DNA from: Phoronis australis
Taxonomy: Eukaryota > Animalia > Phoronida
Direction: 5' to 3'
Assembly (NCBI GenBank): GCA_002633005.1
Contig: NMRA01000169.1
Coordinates: 323,159 to 385,367 of the forward strand
DNA length: 62,209 nucleotides
The position numbers were made by a program, and so were the translations under genes. The notes beneath the pieces are model-generated. The model did not search any database. It was not told the origin of the DNA and worked only from the letters and a program-made list of their open reading frames with translations. The first letter of the stretch is position 1. The number at the start of each line of letters is the position of its first letter. This document shows positions 38,782-51,000 of this stretch, in pieces.

Positions 38782-38845
38782 TGACGTCAATAAGAGCGTG
38801 TGAGGGCCAATCCAGACGGCCTGTGCAGGAGAGAAATTTTATAAG
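38782..38845 (+). promoter_or_regulatory. Putative proximal promoter of the methyltransferase: CRE, CCAAT, TATA
   Basis: TGACGTCA 38782-38789, CCAAT 38807-38811, TATAA 38840-38844; about 100-165 nt upstream of ATG 38947. Confidence 0.45.
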
Positions 38846-38946
38846 CGTCATTCTCCGACGTACAAGAGTTAGCTGACGGGCGCAAAAGTAGAGAGTGCGT
38901 TTGTGATTATTACCAGGAGTAAGCGCAACGTGATTAGGCGTAAACC

Positions 38947-39024
38947 ATGGATGAAAAATGGCTGACCGAAATTAATGGATTTGATACTATTATTGATATC
39001 AGCAGGGAATACATGAAGACTCGA
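38947..39024 (+). CDS. ASMT: ASMT-like exon 1
   Basis: accATGg context; MDEKWLTEINGFDTIIDISREYMKTR|gtaagt; phase 0. Confidence 0.8.
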
Positions 39025-42000
39025 GTAAGTTATATTTAGAGATCCTCTAAGGGTGTCAGTGTCTTAGAAGGTAAATATGAAAATTCATCCTAAATATTAA
39101 ATTCTGTGTTCCGTCATCTCCATGGTCGTATATCAACATGACTTTGTTTTTGTAGGACAGTATTTTGCAATTTTTGTATTGGGTTAACTTGATTGACTTC
39201 GCCGGCTACACTGGGTTAACTAGGTGTGATATATCTGATTGGTCTGTACGACATAATTCGTCATAGAGAAAATATCAGATGTCTTAGTCAGTTGACCCCA
39301 CGTGCAGCCGTAGATAAGCACAGGCGTCCTCAGCTTCTGATTGTCCCCAATACACCATATGATACTACAAGGTATGACACTCCCGACAGGTGCTTCACTT
39401 CATCCGTCCATATCAAACACAAAACTCAATAAATTTACACCAAACGAGGTTTCAACAAACCATTAGCAATTGTTCTTTCTTCTAATACCATTCACGGTGT
39501 CCTGCTCTAGCGAGATCGCAACAAATTCGCGGTCAAAGCACAAAAATGTTCCCCAAAAGCCAACGCATCGAGGCCTCCTTGGACGGTTCGAGGTCAAGGA
39601 CGGTACGGCAATTGCCGATTTGTCACGGAGTGTCACGACATCGATAACTCCAAACCATTTCGTAGCCTTCCGTGATTAACCCAAAGATACCAAAGATACT
39701 TTGAAGATACTATAAAATCTTTGATGAACAGGCAATTGCCGTCCATCCGTAACTCATCGGATAATTCCGTAACGTCCTTGACCTCGAACCGTCCAAGGAG
39801 GCTCGATGCGTTGGCTGTTTGGGAACATTTTTGTGCTTTGACCGCGAATTTGTTGAGATCTCGCTGGAGCAGGTATTAGAAGAAAGAACAATTGCTAATG
39901 GTTTGTTGAAACCTTGTTTTGTGTAAATTTATTGAGTTTGTGTTTGAAATGGACGGCTGAAGTGAAGCACCCGTAGAATTTCTGGTCGGGAGTGTCATAC
40001 CTTGTAGTATTATGCATGGTATATTGGGGACGATCAAAAGCTGAGGACGCCTGTGTAGATAAGGTGCAGTCTTCATTGTTTTTGCATCAGGTGTTGAACG
40101 CCGCCCTGAATCTGGGGGTGTTCGAGATCTTGGATAAAGCGGGAGAACCCTTAAGTGCGCGAAATATAGCTGCAAAAGGCGGTTTCGATCCTGAAAACAC
40201 CGAGGAGTTCCTAAATGTCTGCGTTGGCCTCAAATTGCTGGAGAAGAAACTGTCAGATAAAGCCGAAGGTATGAACTTTGTCTATTTCTCAAATAAAACG
40301 GGAACGCCCGAAGCATGTTTTAATTTGTCAGCCATTGCAACGCCCAACACATTGGATACAAGTCTGTTCAGTAAAAAGGTAGCACTGTGGTATGTTGTTT
40401 AACATGGCTTCTCATTGGTTAAAGTAATGAAAGCGACGTCCTAACATTCAGTCATTCTCATTGGTTGAAATCTGGGAAACCCCTTTCAGTTTACTCTTAG
40501 GTAGTATGGCGACCACCTTTGACTTGAATAGTTGCAATTTATTAAAATGGGCAGTGATAGAAGTAAACAAAATCAAGGGAACCTCGATCGTGTGGCTTAA
40601 GCTCAAACAATTACAGTGCATAAAGGCGTGTGCAAGTTGTGGCCACTGATGTGATCGGTATACTTCCCACCAAGGCATGCGCATTGATGCCCACTCACGG
40701 AATTCCGCGAGTCGTTCATCATGTTTCCAAAAGGCCACTTTTCAGTATAGGTGGCTCTGTGTCAAAGGGTAGGGCAAAGTTGGACAAGTAAAAAAATTTT
40801 TTTTTTTGCAATCCCTTATAGCAGAGACCCCTGTTGTTTTGTAAGGACGTTTTGCAGTCTGCGACAGAGGGCAGTAATTGTACTTCATTCGCCATTTTGA
40901 AGGGGTCTGCTACGAGTGTTTGACGTAAGTATTGCCTTGAATTTTTTGTTAACCGCTAAAATGTGTAAATTTTAAAATGCGATTACTATTGAATGATGGA
41001 TATGATCTGGGGACAGGTAAATTGTTTTTGAATCGTGATACAAGGTACATTCATCGATGGTAGCTACAGTTATGTTATTTAGCCTTCCTGTTAAAAGATA
41101 TGGACACATTTATTTTTCGAGGACGGGGTGATGTTAGCAAGTATGCCGTGGGATTTTTTTACTTTGGTTTAATATTTTCAAATAATTTGTTTTTCAGTAT
41201 GCCATGTTAATTCGTTTTAAGAATGTCAATCTCAAATATTCCCAAGACGACCTGTGGGAAGCTGTGTAACTCAGCAATGAAGGAAAGATGAGCCAAAATG
41301 AAGCATGAATAATTTGGTATACTGCGGGGAACTCTGCAATTAGGATAAATCAAACAGACACAAAAGTGTAAGGTATCCAATCTACTACTGCATAAAAGCA
41401 ATCTTTGACTGTGTTTCGTCAATGTCAGACTAGGGATCTTTGAGATCCGAGGTAAATGGTTTAAAAGCGGTCGTAAAGCAGACATATTCAAAAGCAATAT
41501 GCCTGGATCGGACTGAGGAAAGGGCTTAATGAAACGTCAATATGCGAGTTTGATAACAAGGATGTGCGAAAGTATATCTGGATCGCGCGCCAAAGTAAGT
41601 CCCGATATTAAAAAACACTTACTTCAGAAATTTAGAGGAGACTTCTCATATTGTAAATTACGACGAGACGAACCTCAGCAACGAACACAAAAGATGCATT
41701 TTTCGTAGGGGCGTGAAATATCCTGACCGCGCACTAAACAGAACCAAAGGATGTGTTTTACGGATGTTTGCCGGAACGGACAGTGAACATTGAGATCTTT
41801 TCTTCGTGCTTTTGCTTGAGTCCTAACATCTGGTGAACACTTGGATTAAAGGTGGCTCAGAGAAACCCCACTACAACAGGTCAAAGTCGGCGTGGTTCGG
41901 GGCAATAACGTTCTTAGACTGGTTTCGTATTATCATAGTTCCCCGGACGCGAAAAAATGCAGGAAGAAAAATTCTAATTGGGGACAAATTGTCGTCACAT

Positions 42001-45000
42001 CTGAACAAGGAGGTCGTCGAAATATACAAGGCATGAAACATAGCGTTTGTCTGCTTACCCTCCAACAGTACCCACCTGACCCAACCTCTCCGGATGTCGA
42101 GGGGTATTCGTCAGTAAAGAAAAAATTGGCGTGCTGTACTAACAGAGTGTAAGACGTCTGAAAGAGGTCGGCAGTTCTTATCTGTTTCCAAGGACCAATT
42201 CCTGGCATTACTTAACAAATTGATGTCGCGAATGGGAGGAAATTGGGTCTAAAAATATGGCCTAGTCCCACTAAGCAGTGAGCCAGTTTTAGGTCGTCTC
42301 CCCAGTGCCCGTCAGCACATTCTAGTTTGTCGTCCTTCTATTCCCCAAGTAGTCGTCGACAAACTAAACAATATGCATTTTGAGACAGAAGTTCAAGCAT
42401 CGAAGACACGAGCAAAAAACGTCTAAATGTGGGAGCTTTGTATTAGCACAGACGATCCGAATGATACTAGTCTGGACAGCGCTAGAACGACCGACGAAGC
42501 GAAGTCATGTGATGACAATCCTGAAGGCTGCTTGAAGCCTTTGATGATGACGACTCGTCCAATGGTGAACCAGCGGAGCCAGAATTGAACCTTAGTGCAT
42601 CCAAAAAACCTATTGACCTGAACTCCATTACGTCGGCACTGTTGTCAGTCTGGGCGACAGCGAGTCCGAATTTTCCACAGGTTCTGATGATAATGAAGAA
42701 TTTCTAAAACTTAACCTTTTGCGTCATTCAAGTAAAGGCAACTTCTTAATTAAGCAGGTAGAAGAGAACGTGGATAAGATACGTCACCATGTGGATAGGA
42801 TGTTTCTAGACTCCTGGGCGAAACGCGGACACTACAGCGTTGCGCAGTTTGAAAATGCCCGATAAGAAAAAATTAAACAAATAAGTGCAAACGTTTTTTG
42901 CCAGTTTGAAAATGTCCACTAAGTGCTTAGTCAATGATTTTTTTTCACTGACAGAAGCGAGTCACCTTTATTTGTAGAAGTTTGATAAAATTGCTGTGTA
43001 ATAATAAGTCTGTTTTATTCACAAGCGGTTTTAGTTATCCAAGTAACCTTATTGAAATCTCAAATTTGATAAAGTGTATTTTTGCAGCCAAAATCACATT
43101 CCTGCCAACTTGACCCATTAAAATCTAACTCCTGCCAAGTTCACCCACTTTGCGGGTAAATTTTATCACTCGTTTAAATTTCCGTTACAGTCAAGCGAAC
43201 ATTCTAACGCTCTCATCATCACTCATATTCAAGAGATGTGGCTACTGCCTGGATTTTACCATTAAAACAAATGCGAAATTATTCACAGACAAAACAATAT
43301 TATTAAGAAATAAACAGAAATTGACCAACTTCCTCCCATTTTTCAGTAGTAGATTATTGTTGCGCCATCCATGGCCAACACTCCGCAACGCCCCTCTCCA
43401 ATGCCAAAAGCAAGTATTATTCTTTTTCTAAACCCTATAGTAGGTATTGTAATTAACACTTAAGATTACACACTTACTTCCTTGAGCACAACTGCTGGTC
43501 ATAAGATGAGGAGACACGTTCGCAGCGAGTACTTCTGAAGATTTAATTGGCGTTATTTTACACGACTGGATGATTCAGGTGCGAAGATGTATACGAGTTC
43601 TAAAATACCATTGACACCAATCATGTAGCGTCGCCGAGTGAACATTAATGTCTTCGACATCACCGGGACTCTAGCAGTTGTGCTTGGTTTGGTGCTCAGC
43701 CTTCGCTCGTATGGGTTGACCAACTAATACTCTAGTACAGACTTAGCATGGCACAAAAACTGAATTCTATCCCATAATCCAACATTTCAACCTCACCGAC
43801 CAATCAGCTCAGTGACCATCATTTTAATAACTAGGGCACACTAGTAACATCATCCTTACACGCTCTTGATTTTTGCGAAGTCTTATGGGATTTTGCGAGT
43901 TTCTCGCGTCTACAGACGAGATCATTCTGAGTCGATGTATCGTCTCTCTGCTGCCAGTACTCGCAAATACATAATGATGCAACAGCCTTGCCATCCTCGA
44001 GATATCTGATGCTGGCCAATGTAATAATCATACAGCCGATTTCATAAAGGTGGTTCAACAAAACCAGGTTTAAGACTTAAACCTGGTCTTCCTAAACCTG
44101 GTCTAATTTTAGACCTGACTTGCATTTCACCAACATGGTTTAAGAGTCTGAAAGCCTGGTTTTGCTAGACCAGGGAGCTGGTTCAGTAAAACCAGGTTTA
44201 AAGTATCAAAGGCACCCCACTGTGTCGAGCTCGATAAACCCAACAAAGAAACTATTGAAGTGCTTCAATGAAACCTTGGTCACGTGGGTATACAATGGCA
44301 TACACTAGTAGAATCAGTGCAGACATTTACGAAAANGAACATTCTAACGCTCTCATCATCACTCATATTCAAGAGACGTGGCTACTGCCTGGATTTTACC
44401 ATTAAATCAAATGCGAAATTATTCACAGACGAAACAATATTTTTAAGAAATAAACAGAAATTGACCAACTCCCTCCCATTTTTCAGTAGTAGATTATTCT
44501 TGCGCCATCCATGGGCAACACTCCGCAACGCCTCTTTCCAATGCCAAAAGCAAGTATTATTCTTTTTCTAAACCCTATAGTAGGTACTGTAATTAACACT
44601 TAAGATTATACACTTACTTCCTTGAGCACAACTGCTGGTCATAAGATGAGGAGACACGTTCGCAGCGAGTACTTCTGAAGATTTAATTGACGTTGTTTTT
44701 CACGACTGGATGTTCCAGAGGAACTTTGGCGTGTCACTGAGGTGCGAAAATGTGTACGAGTTCTAAAATACCATTGACACCAATCATGTAGCGTCGCCAA
44801 GTGAACATTAATGTCTTCGACATCACCGGGACTCTAGCAGTTGTGCTTGGTTTGGTGCTCAGCCTTCGCTCGTATGGGTTGACCAACTAATACTCTAGTA
44901 CAGATTTAGCATGGCACAAAAACTGAATTCTATCCCATAATCCAACATTCCAACCTCACCGACCAATCACCTCAGTGACCACCATTATAATAACTAGTGC

Positions 45001-48000
45001 ACACTAGTAACATCAGCCTTACACGCGCTTGATTTTTGCGCATTCTTATGGGATTTTGCGAGTTTCTCGCGTCTACAGACGAGATCATTCTGAGTCGATG
45101 TATCGTCTCCGTGCTGCCAGTACTCGCAAATACATAATGATGCAACAGCCTTGCCATCCTCGAGATATCTGATGCTGGCCAATGTCATAATCATAGTGTC
45201 TCAATATGGTTCAGTGCAGATTTTCTGAGACCGTGACGAAATGCGTCCTCGGTGTCGTAGAGTTTGCATCTGATTCGCGGGTCAGTACCTTGTCGAGAAT
45301 TTGATAGGGTAAATACGCCCTCGGTAATGTCTTACTAACAACTAGTGTGGAATTTCCTTGCCCACGACTTCGAGAGAGAAATTTTTGAAAACATTGGCGC
45401 ATTTGTTGAAGACGTTTCGCACTCGACAAAACTGGCTTGAGAAAATTAATATTCTTTAACGGTATATGACCACCTTCACTAACTAGAATACGTTGTTGTT
45501 GGCTAAGATTCAACGTTCAAAGCGTCTGAGCGTAGTAAGAAAAATAAAATAGCCAGTTATACCGCTGCCGTCGCATACAAAAAAAATTGTGTTGTACTTC
45601 AAGATATTGTCCGGGACACACGACAAAAGGGATTTAGAGGGGCTCGATCACGCACACAATGGTAACGTAGACTGTACATCAGACCTGCAACACCTTAACT
45701 GATCAATGTAAAACGCCAGTAAGTCCAACGTCTCATTGCCGATTGATTGCACGCGACCAAAATTCATTCACAAGTGACTCGAACGTTTGAAGGCATTGTA
45801 AGTGGCTTTTTATACAGAGAACGTTTCTTCAGGTATGAAATGAGTGAGTTAAGCATGTTTAGATTCAATATGTTGTTAAATTGCACAGTTCTGGAGATGC
45901 ACGACTAATCTAAGAGACAGGGAATTCTCAGTGATGTGTAACATAACGGACATTATTATTACCATGAGCCAGGGGTAATTTTACACAAGTGACACCTGGT
46001 GCTAATCCTGGATTTTGTCGTTGAAAAGACTGCTCACTAACGTGTTTAAGTGAAAATGGAATGTCGTGTTTACAAAACTATGTTTCAGAGAAAACCTGAT
46101 GCCGATATACTACAAAATATAAAGATAATTTTTTTATTCAGGCATTTCTCCTCTCGCTTTTTGTACGGACATTAGTCCTGTTCCCAGAGTCGTGTACACG
46201 AACTCGATTCAAACGATCTTAGTTTCATTTTCGGGCAAGGTGAGACGTTCATCATCAATGATTTAGGCGCGACATTTTCAGTCTACTTGGCCTTTACTTT
46301 CATCACCAGACGAATTATTCAAAATAATCATATAATTTCTACGGGATTCATTTCAATACACTGCTCTCGATCACTGCAATAGTGCACGTCACGCCACTGC
46401 ATTCACTTTTTTCATGCATTGCTAGAAAGTCCAGTCTATTCAAATGACAAAGACGCTTTATTTTGCCTCTCTTGCTTGCACCTGTTTGGCTACTGTATTA
46501 CCAAAAAGAATTTAATGGTGTTATACCGGATACTCCTTGATGTGACAATACAAATGCGACGAACAACAACCTGAAAACGCACCGCACATATTGAAAACCA
46601 TCAATCTGCATCCGGGGCAAACCAGGGGCTCAGTATTGAAAAGCATCGTAGCACAAAATGCATCTGATATGTTGATGTCTGATGTATTGTCAAATAATAT
46701 TTTATCGTATCTTTTATTCAAATTCAACCACTGTATTCTGCGTTTCGAATTGCAGTCCATTACTATTTATCCTTGTCCTATGCTCAAAGGTTGACGTACA
46801 TTCAGCCCTAGCATATCAGGCTCTCACCCATTTGTATGTATTTGGAACAAATTTTCTTGTAAATAGCATTAAAAACAACTTTCGAGTTAAAAGTATGCCT
46901 ACATGCAACAATCACGCAAATGGCATAAATCTGGGAACATGACTTGTTACAAATTTTGAAACTGGTGTTGTGTTATTATCTTTTAGGTTGACTTAACTCC
47001 AAATATTACTGAAAATTAGTGGTGTCAAGATTCTTTTGATAAAAAAACAATCAAACAATTTGTTACAACTTTGTCGCCACGCTTACTAAAAATAGTCATG
47101 TTTCTCATACAAACTAATACAAATACAAAAACAAACACAAATGTAGCGCTATCTGTATAAGTGTATCGTAATGATGTTTAATAGCCGCGTGCTTGAAGCA
47201 CATACATGTGCAATGAACACATATCTGGCCGATTTAACCGGTGCGGTGTTACTCATACTGTATGAATACAGGACATATCGTAAACAAAAGTCCTCGACAG
47301 TAGAAAGGTGCACTCCGAAAAGGCGCAAGCACAATTTCTAGGATTCTGATTTCCTGAACATAAATTTGAAGCACTGATTTGTCTGTACAACAGACCACAT
47401 TTACACTTGCTCCATCACTCATGTTTGTTTGCGTAAAGCGCTACCTGTTGCACATGGGAATTTGACCAGCTAATCAGAAACGCCGGTGTAAAAAAATTCT
47501 CGGTGAAAATTAAGTGATACCTGCGTGCTGCCGGGCTACCGACAACCTAGCGGCACGCAGGGAACCAGCGAGTCTTCATCATAGCCTTAGTGAAAATAAA
47601 CTGATCCACTGTCATCCTCCCACGTCTGGCTTTAGCCATAATGAAACTATATGTCTACACTTACAAAAAAACTCCCAATATCTCCCAAGCTAGAATTCAC
47701 AACCATATTGTTTAAATCAGAGAAATTTGGAGGACACTGTAGACTGTGGAATGCTCATGTTCACATATCTAAACAACATACGGGCACTAACAATTTCTGA
47801 ATGAAAACCACAAGTGTCCTCACCTATACCCTCTGACACAGCGCCACCTATACCGAAAAGTGGCCCAGTGGAAACATGATGAAGACACACGGAATTCCGT
47901 GTGTGGGCATCAATGCGCAGAAGTTTATCGATCACATTGCCAGCCACCACTTGCACACGCCTTCTGTGCACTGTACTTGTTTGGGCTTAGCTACGGGATC

Positions 48001-51000
48001 GGGGTTCTCTTGATTTTGTTTACTTCGATTACTGACCGTTTTGATAAATTGCAGCCATTCAAGTCAAAGGTGGTCGCCATAATACGTAACAGTAAACGGG
48101 TTTCCAAGATTCCAAGAAATTGGGAATGGTTGAATGTTATGACGTCGGTTTCATCAATTTCACCAATGATTAGCCATGATAAACAACATCCCACGGTGTT
48201 ACCTTTCGTAGCACTGTGAAAAAGTGTAACTCACCTATCGCTTGCAGATGCAGCTTATTGTAGTCGATTGAATACACCCATTGTGCTGTATAGAATAATT
48301 GGAAAATTCACTCACCTCGCCTAGCACAGGATAAGGGTTAAAGTGAGGGACTTGCAATGGATTTGTTTTTGCGTATTCTGACTAACCTGCGACAAAAATA
48401 TTCATGCTAGAAAGTAATTTTCTTATGCTGGTATTTCGTAACAGTTGTCTAAAATTTGCTAATGGCGTTATCACCGATCAAAATTTACCTCCCGAAATGA
48501 AAGAGTTCCAATTTTTACAGAACCTGTTCTTAACTCTTCCACAAATGTTTTCAAATTGGCTATTTGTCAAATATATCCCTGGTATGCCATATTCCCATTT
48601 TTGCTTGTGTTTGCGTGCAATCACTCTTAAGTCAAGCACATTCGGTTTCATTAAGCCACTTCTCAAATTAAACGCCTCTTCCCCCCGGTTTTATAATCAC
48701 AAACTGAATACTAAATTTAAAGCAATACTCAAACTGAGTACCAGGTACAAAGTTAAAAAAAATATGAGATGTCTTATTGGCTTCGCAAGGAGCGGCACCT
48801 GTTGGCTGAATCGAGTGTCACTCTATCCCAGTTTTGTGAAATTATACAGTGTGTTGCAAACCTATTGACTCTTTAATTGAAACGCCTGCTCATCGAAATC
48901 GGTAACCCAGATTATCACGAAAGTGACTGTTCCGGATATGTATTTATCTTTTACATTATAAAAACTTTGTATCAAAGGTTAGCGAACGTGATTGTAAATA
49001 CTGAACCTGAAGCGGACTCGGTGAAAACGTTAGTAAAAAGTACCGGATCTGTAGCGACAACATCGACATCTCCGTGGCAAGGCCATATTGTAACTGAGCT
49101 CCAAAATTAAATATAGGTGGTTCTCAGGAAGACAAAAATGAGTTCATGAGAATTCTGAATATGTTGGAAATGGCACAATTCTAACCCTTTGACATTCCAG
49201 TCTTTGCCTTTCGAAGATTATCCGTTTTATGTGGCCTTGCTGTCCCATCCACTTACATAGGAAATACCTGAATTGGTTGACTCCTTCTACCCAGTCAAAC
49301 ATTGGTCTTGTTCGGAGTTCTTAATTGTGTCCTCAGGTCAAGCAATAGCCATAACGGTTTGCTTATTTACATGTTCAAATACAAAACATCCCGATTTTTG
49401 TCTTTAATGTTGGACAGGTCTGTATACAAATGCGCCTATGACGAAACAGTGGCTACTGAAAGGAAGCCCGACGTCACTAGCTAGCTTTCTGGCCGGGAAT
49501 TCCATAGAACTTGTGAATTTGGAAGAATCCGTTCGATCTGGGACGTGCCAGTGGCATGCCAACGAACGCAAAGACAAGTTACTGAACTGGAGCGAGGTAA
49601 CTCTTTAAGAAAATCAAGAACAGGTACAGATATATATATATANNNACACACACACACACATATATATAACGTGATTTTGCCACTATTGGTGAAATTTTCT
49701 AAAGCACATTCTACGTTACTTATTGTGGTAAAAAGCATTTTGGATTACATTTTAATTTGTACTGAGGTCACTTCACTAGGTGTAACCCATGCGCGCACCC
49801 TGCCTAAAAACCTAAAAATGGGAGGTTCGAATTTTTGAGAATGTGGACCTTCTACTAAAAAAAACGGGTTACGCTCAGAGCTATGAATAGTGTAGTTTTG
49901 TCTCGTTTTCTACTTTTCCGGACTTTCTGTTTCCCCGAGACGGACCTGTTTGCCCACTTCGCCGAATGGGGGAGCTGCTCGTTCGAGCCCCTCCTTGGGT
50001 GCGCACATGTAACCCTTACCTATCATAACAGTTTGAAGCCCGTGAGTTTTTTAAGAGGTGAAATTTTTACTACCTATGGGAGTGTGACAACAAGTGACAA
50101 AATTAGTTTTGGGCGGAATCAATTAAACAATTAGTATCCTGTAGATATAGACTGGTATTGAAATGACTTATGTAATGACTGTCAGGTAATAAGGTGGACG
50201 TTACCAGGCCACAGCATCTGTTGGTAGCTGACGGGAGTGGAGCACAGGGGGGTTTAGTTGTAGAAACTGCCACCAGGGGACCAGCAGTAGTCCTATTATC
50301 TAAAAATTGACGTCAACCGCTTTCATTACCATAGAAATATATTTGCAAACATTAATGAACCCCCTTTATGAGGCCTGTGAGATACAGCTACATACTGCCT
50401 GAAGTCAAGGACTGTATAATACACGATGGTAAGTCTTTTCTATCGGTGCTGTTGCTTGGAAACAAGAAGCCCATTTTTTATTTTCTAAAGCAGACATCAA
50501 ACTGATGGAAAATATTATTTGAAATCACCAGTACACCGCAAACTGGCCACCCGAGCACCTCAAAAATAGCTAAAAATCAAATACACAAAATTGGGCAAAA
50601 TTCACCGAAGTTTTGTCCCTCCAATGGAGGTTAACTGAAACCCCTTTGAAAATGATGTTTTTGGGCGTCCTTTTATAAAATTGCTTTGTAATCATTGTAT
50701 CTGAGTAGCCAAATAGTGCAAGGTATACTCAGTAAAGTATATGTTGACCAGCAAGCCGGCAAAAGACCAAACTTTTAACTTTATGTATGTACTAAACTAG
50801 CCCAAGACTACCAAATCTCACTGGTTTTATGTTTGTCACACATATTATATTCTTTTCTCGCTTTTTTATTGAAAATGGCCAAAATCAGCCCGTTAAAAAT
50901 TCTTAATTTTTGAAAAGCCAGTAATTAAATATCAAAATCAAACGTGTTTCTTGAATTCAAGGTCACATACATTCACTGAAAAACATCCTCTTTCCTACTT

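Noticed and set aside
33699-38946. An AANAT or hydroxylase gene between the two enzymes
   Set aside because: Only repeat fragments seen; no GNAT or hydroxylase motif recognised, although very small exons cannot be excluded
48404-48868. Longest ORF in the track (154 aa)
   Set aside because: Intronic, no recognisable motif and no fit to the spliced methyltransferase model
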